From Andalucia godoyi And28 (taxonomy: Eukaryota > Protista > Jakobida): a stretch of DNA of 64,000 bases. Position 1 is the stretch's first letter; each line of letters opens with the position of its first letter. Positions 1-10,952 of this stretch are shown in pieces. A program made the position numbers and the translations under genes. Below the pieces are notes generated by a model, which worked only from the letters and a program-made list of their open reading frames with translations, was not told the DNA's origin and did no database searches. The stretch is from contig VRVR01000058.1 of assembly GCA_009859145.1 (NCBI GenBank), positions 49,959 to 113,958 on the forward strand, written 5' to 3'.

Positions 1-604
1 CGGCAAACGCGGAGAACGGGAAGATGCCCATGGAGACTGCCTGAAGCGAGAGGTCCAGTGGGCCCACGTCGCTGCAGAAAAAGGTCAAGAAGGGCCCCTC
101 GATGAACAGCGTCCAAGAAAAATGCACCAAGAGGATGACGCTTTCTGCGCTGCCCACCCGGGATCCCAGAATGGAGTTCTCCTCCAGGGCGTACGCACGA
201 AGCACCATGTACTGGATGGGGATGGTCGCGAACATGAACCACCCGATCCACCGCACCACGATCGTCAGGACTGTGTTGCCGGCGTCCCCGTAGCTGAACC
301 GCGAAAACATGGTCAGGAATCCTATCAGCGTCAAGAAGGAGATTGCGAAAAAGACCCAGACGATGACCGAGGCTGTTAGAGAGTCCCGGATTGGCGTGCG
401 CATCTCATTCCGGAAAAACCAAGACAGTGCAAAAACAGTGAGGCTTGCGCACCATGCCAGCTGAAACACCGCCGGCTGCACAAGGTACCGCTTCAGCATG
501 GAGCACGAAACAAACAAGTGTGAATAGAACGGGCTGAGCAGCGCGAACGTTGACTCTGCCGAATTCACGTCCTGGCCATCACTTTCTTCGCCGCTCGAAG
601 ACAT
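1..604 (-). CDS. Multi-pass membrane protein, partial (runs off the left edge of the window)
   Basis: Not in the ORF track because no stop lies in the window. Manual translation from ATG at 604 gives an open frame MSSSGEESDGQDVNSAESTFALLSPFY...VIVWVFFAISFLTLIGFLTMF...VVRWIGWFMFATIPIQYMVL...VILLVHFSWTLFIEGPFLTFF... with several hydrophobic segments. Confidence 0.7.
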   Translation of the reverse strand, partial: MSSSGEESDGQDVNSAESTFALLSPFYSHLFVSCSMLKRYLVQPAVFQLAWCASLTVFALSWFFRNEMRTPIRDSLTASVIVWVFFAISFLTLIGFLTMFSRFSYGDAGNTVLTIVVRWIGWFMFATIPIQYMVLRAYALEENSILGSRVGSAESVILLVHFSWTLFIEGPFLTFFCSDVGPLDLSLQAVSMGIFPFSAFA

Positions 605-1685
605 GCTGATGTGGCTGTGTTTGCTGTGAAAGACAGAACAGGAATTTTAGACACAAACGCACACAAAACGATATATAATAATATAAATATAGATATAAAT
701 ATAATGAGGGCGAGGAAAAGAAGAGGAAGAGTACGTCTAGCCGGAAACAAACAGAAGAAAACTTAATGGGGACAGTATAATCTAGAATTCGTAACAGGTA
801 CAGATGCCAATAGGTCAATGACAGATAAACAACACACAAACGAAAGAAGGGGAAGAACAAGAAGAAGTAACGTTTCTTTCCGTGTCTTTGTGTTCACTCG
901 CGACAGAATGGTTAGAGAGAAAGAGAGTGAGAGAGAGAGAGAGAAAGAGGAGGGAGGCAACTGAGAACGGAAAGAGAAGGCAGAAGTCCCCCAGTACTCG
1001 GTTGTGGAGCGTAGAGCGACGGGGGGGCACGGCATACAGCCGAATGCGGGGACCACCGTCATACGTGAACAAACAGGGCATGAGGGAATTGCTGATTGGG
1101 GTCTGCAAGTTCTCCTGACAGCCAGCTCGCTCACAGCAACATCCCTATCGAACCCGATGAAAACCGGTCCGCGGAGAGCAGTCGAAATTGTGTTGCTGTG
1201 GTCTCTACTATCTACTTGCATGCGAGACCGTGTGTGCGGAGAGCAAGGTCGACCGGAACAACTCCGACACGAGCGGTTGTTAATGCATGTAAACTGACAA
1301 GGACAAGAATGGCCGAAGTGCGACAAAGTCTGACAGAGAGTCGAACGTGCGCACGAGCACGCACGAGCCGGCGTACGAGCACTTGCTGCATCGAGAGCGA
1401 CGGGCTCTGATGGGGCCGCCTCGAAGACCGCGGCCTCGGACCTGCCAAATCCAGACGAGCGTTCAGAGCAGATTCGCGCTCCCCGGCTTGACGTCACGCG
1501 CGACCAAACGCGGGAAGAGTAGGGTCAAAGTTGCTGCAATTGGACACTCTTCTCGTCTCCAGCGACATCCGTCGCGAATCGCTGGAACTTCAATCAAGTC
1601 GAACTCAGGGAAGTGTAGGATGATGGCAAAGGAACCCCGATGGCCAACGACCGACAAACGAAAAATCCACGATAGCCTTTTCTCG

Positions 1686-1734
1686 GTTCTGAGTTCTGGG
1701 TTCTGGGTTCTGGGTTCTGGGTTCTGGGTTCTGA
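1686..1734. repeat. Tandem heptamer (GTTCTGR)x7
   Basis: gttctga gttctgg x5 gttctga, read directly. Confidence 0.9.
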
Positions 1735-1866
1735 CAAGTCAGTCTTCAAATCACGAAAGATACTTTTTGCACGTCTGTAAACATCAGTAACACGTCTAAA
1801 GCTGGTTTGCTTTTGTATTTGCTTTGCATTGACACTGAAACGAGAACAGCAACCGGAGCGGTAGTC

Positions 1867-1917
1867 GGAACAGGAATAGGAACAGGATAGGAACAGGATA
1901 GGAACAGGATAGGAACA
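1867..1917. repeat. Tandem 11-mer (GGAACAGGATA) x about 4.5, upstream of the histidine kinase
   Basis: Read directly. Confidence 0.85.
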
Positions 1918-1963
1918 AGACCAGCGTCAGGATCGTCGTCGGAGAGGAGAAAGCCTGCGAAGA

Positions 1964-3925
1964 ATGAGTAATGACGCTGCACGCGTAATATTTGAGGATC
2001 CATGGGACATATTTGAGAATGCGAGCATAGGGATTCACTTGGTCGATGCGGGAGGTTTGATACGGTATGCGAATCGCGCGGAGCTGGAGATGCTTGGATA
2101 TGAACGACACGAGTACGTAGGAAGGTCGATTGTGGAGTTTCATGTGGATGCGGCCGTGATTGCAGACATTCTTGCCAGACTGGGCCGTTTTGAGGTCTTG
2201 AGAGACGTACGAGCGCGACTGCGCTGCAAGAACGGATCGATCAAATGGGGCAGCATCGAGTCGAGTGTGTATCGAACGCCCGACGGTGTCTTTCAGCACA
2301 CGCGGTGCTTTACTCGGGATGTCAGTGATCTCGTCGATGCGCAGGAACGGGCCAAAGAGCTGGACATGCGGACTATCGAGAATGTGTCGCGCCTGCATGC
2401 TGCCGAAGAACTATCAAAGGAATGCGCGGCGTTTCTGCATACGGTTCTGCACGAAATCAAGAATCCCATCGCCGGTATCCTCGGCGCAGTCCAGTTCCTG
2501 CAAGAGGAGAGCGCCAGTAGCACGAGTAGCAGTGCCCCAATTAGCAGTGAGTCCCTGATGCAGGCGATCCGGACGTCGATCGAGTGCATTCGATTTTCCG
2601 TGGACCAGCAAGAGCGCGTTGCAGAGGATATTCTATGTTGGTCCAGAATGCGCTCGAACAAGATGGAGCTTTGCGAGCTTCCCGTCGATCTTCTAGCACT
2701 CACCGACCAGCTTCGGGTGTACTTTGACTGCCAAAATCGAGTATCCGCAGTGAACGGTACCTCAAGCACCACCGCTGCATCTGATCTTGCCCCCGAGGCA
2801 GCATCGTTGGCGGCGGTGAAAGCCGAGGCAGCTGCAGTGGTGTTTTCCGTCGACTTTCCCGAGGAATGCCGTGCTTGCTGGCATGCGACGAATGAAAAGT
2901 ACCATATTCTGAGCGATGCGCGCCGAATCCAGCAGATACTAATGAATGTCGTGCAGAATGCCCTTAAATTTACACGCAAGGGGTTCGTGAAGCTCGGGGT
3001 GCGCGTGCAGTTGGCCGAGGCGGCAGATGTCTTGGCCGTCGAATTCAAGATCTCTGACTCTGGAATCGGCATGTCCGACGCTGAGATTGCTCGGCTGTTC
3101 GTTCCGTTTCAGCAGGCGTCGAGCAGCGTCTTTCAGAAATACGGCGGTCATGGCCTGGGTCTGTGCATCTGCCAAGACCTTGTTGCGCGCATGGGAGGCA
3201 GGATGTCCGTTCAATCGCAGCCGGGTGTCGGCTCCACCTTCTGCATCTCGATTCCTTTCACTCTTCGACTTCGTGAAGTCCCCTTCTCAACATGCACCAT
3301 TCCTGTGGGCCCAAAGCGCGGCACGGCGCACTCTCAAATGTCGGAACACGAGACAGGAGGCACTACTTCCACCACCACTACTACTACGACGACTACCACC
3401 ACTACTACCACTACTACCACCACCACCGCTGCTGCCGCCTCTTGTGCTTCTTCTGCGGCTGGTTGTGGCTGTCCTGGCTCTTTCTGTACCGTACTACCGG
3501 ATATCATCAATGTATCGGTGCTGATTGCGGATGACTCTGCCGTGATGCAGCGTGTGTTGAGCAGGCTCTTGAAAAACGTGAACTGCATACAGAATGCAAT
3601 GGATGGACAAGAGGCATATTCACTCTTTACCGAACGTCTGGCGGTCTCCGGAGAGGTGTTTGACCTTGCTTTTATCGACCTTGAGATGCCTGCTATTCGT
3701 GGAACAGATGTTGCACAGCGAATCCGCGATTTCGAAAAGGAAAACAACGTACCGCGGCCTTGTCGTCTCGTGCTCATGACGGCCGGGCAAATCGACGAGA
3801 TTCCTGCATCTTCAGCCACTCACTTTGACGCCATGTTTGCCAAACCTCTGCGAAAATCCGATATTGAGTCTCAGATCCGTCAGTGTACATATGCCCTTCC
3901 TTCCCGCCAAGCAAATGATGATTAA
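1964..3925 (+). CDS. Hybrid sensor histidine kinase (PAS-HisKA-HATPase-REC), soluble
   Basis: PAS (DIFENASIGIHLVD...ANRAELEMLGY...TRCFTRDV), H-box LHEIKNPIAGILG, N-box QILMNVVQNALKFT, G1 DSGIGM, F-box LFVPFQQA, G2 GHGLGLCIC, receiver IADD...FIDLEMP...FAKP; poly-Thr linker from an (ACY)n repeat. Confidence 0.95.
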   Translation: MSNDAARVIFEDPWDIFENASIGIHLVDAGGLIRYANRAELEMLGYERHEYVGRSIVEFHVDAAVIADILARLGRFEVLRDVRARLRCKNGSIKWGSIESSVYRTPDGVFQHTRCFTRDVSDLVDAQERAKELDMRTIENVSRLHAAEELSKECAAFLHTVLHEIKNPIAGILGAVQFLQEESASSTSSSAPISSESLMQAIRTSIECIRFSVDQQERVAEDILCWSRMRSNKMELCELPVDLLALTDQLRVYFDCQNRVSAVNGTSSTTAASDLAPEAASLAAVKAEAAAVVFSVDFPEECRACWHATNEKYHILSDARRIQQILMNVVQNALKFTRKGFVKLGVRVQLAEAADVLAVEFKISDSGIGMSDAEIARLFVPFQQASSSVFQKYGGHGLGLCICQDLVARMGGRMSVQSQPGVGSTFCISIPFTLRLREVPFSTCTIPVGPKRGTAHSQMSEHETGGTTSTTTTTTTTTTTTTTTTTTTAAAASCASSAAGCGCPGSFCTVLPDIINVSVLIADDSAVMQRVLSRLLKNVNCIQNAMDGQEAYSLFTERLAVSGEVFDLAFIDLEMPAIRGTDVAQRIRDFEKENNVPRPCRLVLMTAGQIDEIPASSATHFDAMFAKPLRKSDIESQIRQCTYALPSRQANDD

Positions 3926-3999
3926 ATGATATGACCATGACCATGACCACGACCATGACCACGACCACGACCACGACCACGACCATTATCGTCTTGGTG

Positions 4000-6522
4000 C
4001 TATGTATTCTGATGAGTGCACAAGGGCGAGGCTTGGAGAGCGCTCGCACACCGGCCGACATCCACGCACACCTGCTCAAGTTCCTGAAACAGCACCCGAA
4101 TTCGCGTTTGCAGCGCATCTGGCAATTCGACGCACGCCTGAGCATCCGGACCGTCGTTTGGTAGCGCAGAAAACGAATGGGAGCGTCGCCCTCCGAGCAA
4201 CGAATTGCGCGGCAACGCCGAAAGACGAACGGAATTCCGACGAGCAAAATCCGTGGCGAGTCGCAGATTGCGCTGTGACACTGTCGTTTCGGCAGCATTG
4301 ACCGCTCCGGAATCCGCGGCGGAGCTGCCATCCGTGCTTGGACCTGGGCTGGGAGCCGTGGTGGGTCGCACGAGAGAGTCGGACGAGAGCGTGCGCTTCC
4401 GGAGTGCAGAATTCAACTCTGTCATATCCAGGGTTGAACTGTGATTGGTGTCGTACGCCGCGAGTTTGCTGACAATGCGACGAACGTCTGCTTTGGGGAC
4501 GTCGCTGCCCAGAATCGTCTGGACCGCCTCAACATCGAGATCCAGCACAGAGTACTCCTCGAGGTGCGACTTTAGCTTTTCCAGCAATATGTGATCGGGG
4601 ATGCGCTTCTTGGCAGGGGACCCGACAGCATCACCGTCAGACATCGCCGGTGAGGAAGCTTTCGGTGATGGCGAGAGCGGGACGAGGTCCACGGCGCGAT
4701 GCCTCCTTCTTTCGATCTTCTTGAGCTCCTGGTGCCCCTTGTACTTCTTCCACCACCGCTTGAGCTGCTCGCCAAACTTTGAGTCTCTTGCATTGTCGAC
4801 AGCATCCGAGTACGAGTCGTTGATGATGGCGAGAAACATGTTGAAGAGGATGAACACGGCGACGACGATGAATGAAAAGAAGAAGATGGGGGTGAGGATG
4901 CGGTTGACTTCGCGCAGCCGAGCATAGTCAAAGTCGCCGAGCATGATGAAGAATGTGCTCGTTGCAGCGGACAGCCACGTGCGAAATTCATCGATATCGG
5001 AGCCGTAGAGCAGATATGCAAATGTAGAGTAGCCCACAAAGACGATAGCAAACATGAAGAAGAACCCGATGAGGTCTCCCGACGCAACGGACAGCGTGCG
5101 GCCGAGCAAATTGAGCCGGTCGTTGAGTTGCAGGAACTTAAACACGCGCAGGAACACAAGGATGGCATTGAATGCGTTGAGCTGCCGCTCGAGTCCCCAC
5201 AGCCACGAGTAATAGATGAGACTGGACGGAAACTCGCTGCCGGTCATTGGCGGATCATACGACAGCACCGAGAAAAAGTGGACAACGCGAATGACAAGGA
5301 CGGCAACGAAAATCGAGAGGTTGGCGGTATCAAACCAGTTCCAAAAGTGTGTGAAGAACCGGAGGCCCTCGCGCATCAGGTCTGCCGTGTATTTCGCAAA
5401 GTAATACAGCAAGTACAAGTAGAAGGTCAGAATGACGGTGTAGACCACAATGTCACGGTTATATTGCAGACTGCGCAGCTTAAAATTGCTGAATGTGTAA
5501 CTCGGAAGCGTCATTCCTCCAACTGAAAACTCATACAGCATCCAACCGCGCGTCCACTGATTGGGCCCTGGATTGTACGCGAAAAACTCAATGATGAGCG
5601 CCGATGTGAACCGGTCGATCCACTGCAGGTCCTTAAGCTGCGCAAGCTTGTACTGCGCCTCCTCGTAGCTCGACGACACCGGAATATCCAACCAGAACCC
5701 CGAGCACGGATATAAGATGCGTGTCTGGCCCCATATTGTGTCATAATATCTGTCGCACGAGTGGTACACAAACGCCGCGCTTACATTCGATGCGCGTGCC
5801 GCCGCCATCGCCGCCGCCGTTTCGAACTGAAATGACCCTGTGTCGGCCGTCCGCTCCGTCTCAAACGACGCATAACAACTCCCTCTCGAAAACTGCGGAA
5901 TGCCGCCTGTCCTCGTTGCCGCAAGCCTGTAGACCGCATCTCCATTGTCGCAGTACGCGTCCGAGACTCGCACCTGCCGAACGCGCACCGCCCCCAGCAT
6001 CTTGTTGTACCGCGACACGTACGTCCTTTGGCTCGTAGGAATCGGAGTGCCAGCGTATGACTGTGCTCGCTTCCAAAAGTACGGCGTCATGGTGTTCTCG
6101 ACCCACTGCCAGATCTCCTCCACTTCGTACGCTCCAAGGAAGTTTTGCTTTGCAACCCCGTCAAAGTACGCGTCCATCACAAGAGACTGTCGGAAGCTGT
6201 TCCGCACAAAATACGAGTCTTCCACCCCTCGCCCAAGCAGCATGTACGCCACAAACAGCATAAGAAACGGAATGTACACCACTAGCTCATAGCACGCGCG
6301 CTTCCTCTGTGCCTTGCGTAACAGATCCAGCAGCGCACTGTGCACGCCAGACGTGGAACTTCCTCCGCCACTCACTCTCCCACCCACCCCATTCGTGCTC
6401 GCGTCCGAATGCGAATGCGAATGCGAGTCCGAGTGCGAGTGCGAGTGGGACTGGGAAACGGCCATTCGAGCCAGGGTCTGGAATCTCGGCGCACGACTCC
6501 GGCTGATGCCCTCCTGCTCCAT
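4000..6522 (-). CDS. PKD2: Polycystin-2 (TRPP) family cation channel, paralog A
   Basis: TOP domain (KMLGAVRVRQVRV, WIDRFTSALIIEF), S2-S6 helices, pore FIMLGDFDY, S6 ILFNMFLAIINDSY, EF-hand-like YDTNHSSTLDMTEL. The open frame extends to ATG 6669; the start at 6522 (MEQEG) is inferred because the upstream part is low-complexity. Confidence 0.9.
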   Translation of the reverse strand: MEQEGISRSRAPRFQTLARMAVSQSHSHSHSDSHSHSHSDASTNGVGGRVSGGGSSTSGVHSALLDLLRKAQRKRACYELVVYIPFLMLFVAYMLLGRGVEDSYFVRNSFRQSLVMDAYFDGVAKQNFLGAYEVEEIWQWVENTMTPYFWKRAQSYAGTPIPTSQRTYVSRYNKMLGAVRVRQVRVSDAYCDNGDAVYRLAATRTGGIPQFSRGSCYASFETERTADTGSFQFETAAAMAAARASNVSAAFVYHSCDRYYDTIWGQTRILYPCSGFWLDIPVSSSYEEAQYKLAQLKDLQWIDRFTSALIIEFFAYNPGPNQWTRGWMLYEFSVGGMTLPSYTFSNFKLRSLQYNRDIVVYTVILTFYLYLLYYFAKYTADLMREGLRFFTHFWNWFDTANLSIFVAVLVIRVVHFFSVLSYDPPMTGSEFPSSLIYYSWLWGLERQLNAFNAILVFLRVFKFLQLNDRLNLLGRTLSVASGDLIGFFFMFAIVFVGYSTFAYLLYGSDIDEFRTWLSAATSTFFIMLGDFDYARLREVNRILTPIFFFSFIVVAVFILFNMFLAIINDSYSDAVDNARDSKFGEQLKRWWKKYKGHQELKKIERRRHRAVDLVPLSPSPKASSPAMSDGDAVGSPAKKRIPDHILLEKLKSHLEEYSVLDLDVEAVQTILGSDVPKADVRRIVSKLAAYDTNHSSTLDMTELNSALRKRTLSSDSLVRPTTAPSPGPSTDGSSAADSGAVNAAETTVSQRNLRLATDFARRNSVRLSALPRNSLLGGRRSHSFSALPNDGPDAQACVELPDALQTRIRVLFQELEQVCVDVGRCASALQASPLCTHQNT

Positions 6523-6833
6523 CCCTGCCACTGCACTCCACACAAACCCAACGAAACGATGATGACGATGATGACGATGATAATGATAATGATAATGATA
6601 ATAACAATGATCATCAAGAAAACCATAAATCGGGGTTTCCGCTTCGACGATTAGGATTGGGCTGCACATATATATGTTACAGAGGTTAGATCGTGTTGTT
6701 ATTGTTATTATTTTTATGTTGCAAACCTCGCGATACTGCTGCTACTCTAAATATAAAAATAGTGCATATTGCTCAGCGATATTTTTACAATGAGAGCGCA
6801 GAGTCGGTCCACACGGGCGTGCACTGAGTCCAC

Positions 6834-7739
6834 TTACTTGAACAGCACGAACGCGCCTCCTTGGAGCTGCAGATCGAGGTCGCTGTCGCTGTCGGCGTGG
6901 CTGTCGGCGTGGCTGTCGGCGTGATTGTCGTGGTCCTTATCGGCGTTGGAGTGAAGCCGGCGTTTTCCCGAGTCGATGAGCTCGATGTGTGGGTCGAGGA
7001 CGCCACGTTGCAGCAGGTCCTCGGCATTGTCGGCTGGTTCGTATCCGAGCTCGCGCGCACTGCTGAGGTCCCAAAACCCGCGTGTATTGGCACTTGCGCC
7101 GTAGACGATGCGGAAAAGAGGCGGGGCAGCCGGGGCAACGATGGCGGCCCTGACGAGACGGTAGAGATCGGCAGGAGAAATCCATGTGGACAGCGAGCGT
7201 CTGTCGTACGGCAAGTCGCAGAAGGATCCGATGCGAATCGCGAGCGTCGGAATGCGGTACTTGTCTGCGTAGAACTGACCGACCGCTTCGCCAAACACCT
7301 TCGTCACTCCGTACCGAGAGTCGGGCCTCGGCGGATCGGCAGGCGTCAGCGTGCGCGACCGCGGATAGAGCCCCGTCGCATGATTCGAACTCGCAAAAAT
7401 CACCCGTCGTACACTCTTCGCACGAACCGCTGCTTCGTACAGATTCACAACGGCCGTAACATTCGCCGGAATCAGCTCTTCCCACGGAGCCTCCGTTGCG
7501 CACCCCGCACAGTGCACCACCACATCCACACTCTCTAGCATCAAGTCGCAAAAGGATCGGTTCGTCAAGTCCCCTTGGGCAAACTCCACGCGACACTCCT
7601 CTACAGCAGGCGTCGACGCAGGATTCGCACGAACATCCGTCAGAACAAGATGACTACAGTCGTTGACGAGCATCGACGCAAGATACGTCCCAATCGAGCC
7701 GCTGCTGCCCGTCAGCAGGATCTTGTTCACTCTTCCCAT
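6834..7739 (-). CDS. udh: NAD-dependent epimerase/dehydratase (SDR), uronate dehydrogenase-like
   Basis: Rossmann motif ILLTGSSGSIG; FASSNH; YGVTK (YxxxK); RIGS; LSTWISP; YGASANTRGFWD; GYEPADNAE. These match the motif order of bacterial uronate dehydrogenases as recalled, not searched. First ATG at 7739. Confidence 0.8.
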   Translation of the reverse strand: MGRVNKILLTGSSGSIGTYLASMLVNDCSHLVLTDVRANPASTPAVEECRVEFAQGDLTNRSFCDLMLESVDVVVHCAGCATEAPWEELIPANVTAVVNLYEAAVRAKSVRRVIFASSNHATGLYPRSRTLTPADPPRPDSRYGVTKVFGEAVGQFYADKYRIPTLAIRIGSFCDLPYDRRSLSTWISPADLYRLVRAAIVAPAAPPLFRIVYGASANTRGFWDLSSARELGYEPADNAEDLLQRGVLDPHIELIDSGKRRLHSNADKDHDNHADSHADSHADSDSDLDLQLQGGAFVLFK

Positions 7740-8147
7740 TGCTATCACTCCTCGATTTGTTTGGCTTGCTTGCTTTTAATACAATTTACATTTATACACA
7801 CATGCATATATGCAAAACAAGACAAAAAGCAGCGGAGCAACGGACACCGACTCATCCAAATCTCAAGCTGATGACATCTCCCCTCATGCGTTACAACTTG
7901 CACAATAGGAATTGCACAATTAACATTATCCTCATGTGTCGGGGAATTTCTGCCTGTCGGAGGAACCCCAGAGCTTGTCGGGGGCGTGCAAAAAGTCGTA
8001 ACCGATCGAACAATTAGGGAATCTTTGATCTCCGCTTATTTTTCTCTGGAAAAAAAATTTTTTGATTTTAACTTTCTGTTTTCATCTACATCTACATCTA
8101 TATATATTATATTTATTTTTCCACAAGGACAGAAAAGAGAAGAGAAG

Positions 8148-8534
8148 ATGCGTTTTGCACTGTGTGTTGTTCTGTGTGCAGCGCTTGTTGCTGCAGCGTA
8201 TGCGGGAGGATGCTCCGTCTGTGGCGGTGCGGCGCAAGCGAACATTGCTTCTTCGTGCTCGCAGTTTTCTGGATGGTCGCAGAAGTGCTGCCAGTGCATT
8301 GCCGAGCATGAATCTGGCGGAAACTACCATGCATGCAACGCCAACACTGACGGCTCAAAGGACGTTGGTCTGTGGCAGATCAACGACCGCAACTGGAACG
8401 CATGCAATGGCGGCTCGGCCCCGTGCGATGTTTCCTCGAATCTCAAATGCGCCATCGACGTCTGGCGCTGGGGCGGTGGAACCTGGAAGTACTGGTCCAC
8501 CTGCAGTATGTGCGGATGCTGTGGTTCTTCTTAA
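8148..8534 (+). CDS. Secreted c-type (GH22)-like lysozyme, 128 aa, Cys-rich
   Basis: Signal peptide MRFALCVVLCAALVAAAYA; catalytic-like Glu in IAEHESG and the D-x-G-L-W-Q-I-N motif (DGSKDVGLWQIND); many Cys; ends WKYWSTC. Confidence 0.85.
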   Translation: MRFALCVVLCAALVAAAYAGGCSVCGGAAQANIASSCSQFSGWSQKCCQCIAEHESGGNYHACNANTDGSKDVGLWQINDRNWNACNGGSAPCDVSSNLKCAIDVWRWGGGTWKYWSTCSMCGCCGSS

Positions 8535-8627
8535 GTAAATTGCACCGTGGTTCGTGGTTTACGAGTACATTGAGAATTCCATAAATTAAGATGAAGAAGA
8601 AGACGACTGAACGGGAGGGTCGTTCGT

Positions 8628-8774
8628 TCAAGAATGCGACGTGGTCATTTGGCTCACGAGCTCTAGAATTGCACTGAGTCGGCGCACAACCTCGACGTCC
8701 TCGTCCGCAGCAGAGGGCAGCGAGTGATTCGCGGCGGACGCCCGCTTGGCAAGCGCTTGAAACCGACGTGACGG

Positions 8775-8860
<86 letters not shown>

Positions 8861-10952
8861 ACGTTGCCGTTGACGTTGGTATTGACGTTGGCGAGGGTGA
8901 CGAAAGAACGAGAAGAGCATCGTTGCTGGTCTGGCTGCGCTGCTCATTGCGAGCAATCGCAGAGAGCAAAAGGTCTTTTCTGGACTTTGCAAAGGACGCT
9001 GCGATCCCGCCACCGCTACTTCCATTGCTACCGCGGAGTATCATGAGGTTTCCGAGTTCGAAGGCATCAAGCTTGTTGTCTTCGTTCTGGTCGTGTTTGG
9101 AGACAAGTGCGAGCAGCCGCGTGGCATCGGCTGCAGTGGCGTCTTTCCCGAGAATCTGCTGCAGATTCTCTCGGGACAAATCGACTCCGCGGTGCTGCTG
9201 ATCATCGTGGTCTTGCATATATTTCGCAAGCCTCGATAGCATCACTTTGTCGTCCATGCGTCGGCGTCGTCCTTGTTGCTGCTGCTGCTCCAGCTGATTA
9301 CTGGATGCTGCTGCTGCTGCTGCTGTTTTGGACCGGCTGCGCAGCTTCCGCTTCCTCCACCAATTGCGAATCAGATCGCCAAACTTGCGGTCTTTTGCAG
9401 AATCATTTGCCTTGGCGTACGAGTCGTTGATGATGGCGAGAAACATGTTGAAGAGGATGAACAGTGCAACAATCACGTACGAGAAAAAGAAAATTGGAGT
9501 GAGGATGCGGTTGACGTCTCGCATCTCGGCATAGTCAAAGGAGCCGAAGAGGATGAAAAAGGTGGACGATGCCGCGGTGAAGAAGGTCCGGAACTGCGCC
9601 AAATCTGACCCGAATGTGAGATACGCAAACGTCGAGTAGCCAAGAAACACTATGGTAAAGATGAAGAAGAAGGCAACAAGGTCCCCCGAGGCGTTGGCAA
9701 GGGTCCGAGAGATGAGATTCAGGCGGTCGTTGAGCCGCAGAAAGCGAAAGACGCGCATGAAAACCAGTGGAGCTGCACACGCGACGAGGTTCCTCTCGAC
9801 GTACTCGAGGAATGAAAAATAGATGAGCGACACGGGGAACTTGGAAGTCGCAATATCAAACGACACGGAGAGCGACACCGCAAAGATAACAACGCGTACT
9901 GTCAGCACCGCAAACATGAGCGACCATAGCACCAGATCGAACCAGTTCCAGAAGCGCGAGAAGAACGACAGCCGCCACTTGGCAACAAGGTAGACCGTCA
10001 CAAGGACGTAATACAGCACGAAGAGCAGGAAGAGCAGATGCAGCGCCGCATAGACATAGTCGACGGTGTACTGCAGCGACGCAATGCGAAACGCGGTGAG
10101 CAGCTGCTGCGGGAACGAGAAGCCACCGGTGGTAAACTCCATCAGAAGGATCACTCGGATAAACAGATTGGCGCCTGCATTGTACCCAAAGAACTCCACT
10201 GCGACTGCCGACGTCTGTCGATCGATCCACCCGGCAACTGACAGCTCGTTTGCAAGAGCACGCGCATCGTATGGATCTGCCGTGAACGGAATGTCCAGCA
10301 GAAACCCGTCGCAGCCATACCACAGCCCAGACTTTTCGCCCCACACAAAATCATACCACCGACTCGCCTCGCACGTCTCGTAAGTCCCTGCCGCCGACAC
10401 ATTTGAGCCGCCAGCACCAGCCGCCCCCGCCATCCCTGGTATCGGCGCCTTGGACTTTGTTGTCTCCGAGTACGATGGATAGCAGTGTCCATGGGCCCAC
10501 ACGGGGTTTGCAGCTGTTGAAAGACTGTACTCGGACAGACATCCGGCCGTGGACACCCGGAGCTGCCGCAGTCGTAGCGCCCCCACGAGCTTGATCGTCC
10601 GCATCAGATATGTCCGCTGCATCGGCCCCAGCTCCACAGGCAATGCACCGCCGTACCAAGTGGAACGAAACAGCGTCGGCATGCACACGGCATTCAGCCA
10701 CTGAAACCACTCATCGGACTCGTACACGCCGTCGTATGTCTGCGGCGCGACTCCGTCAAAGTAGCGCTCGGTGAGCAGCGCGGCCTTCACAGCCGATGCC
10801 ATGAAGTTCGACTCCAGCACAGGCCGCCCGAGAAACAGGTAGCAGAAAAACAGCGCGAGAAAGAAGAGATACAGCAGCAGCCGGTGAAACGCAGCCCGAC
10901 GACGCGTCTTCGCAAGCAGCTGCGACACGACCGCTGAAACATGCATGCCCAT
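8628..10952 (-). CDS. PKD2: Polycystin-2 (TRPP) family cation channel, paralog B
   Basis: KLVGALRLRQLRVS, WIDRQTSAVAVEF, pore FILFGSFDY, ILFNMFLAIINDSY, EF-hand-like HDQNEDNKLDAFEL, (TA)n tail. Start at ATG 10952 is inferred; the open frame extends to 11120. Confidence 0.9.
8773..8880. repeat. Coding hexamer microsatellite (GTTGCC)n encoding Thr-Ala repeats in PKD2-B
   Basis: 13 perfect units at 8779-8856 plus degenerate units. Confidence 0.9.

Noticed and set aside
763-1497. 244-aa minus-strand ORF and overlapping short ORFs
   Set aside because: Low-complexity, crosses (GA)n tracts, no domain signal.
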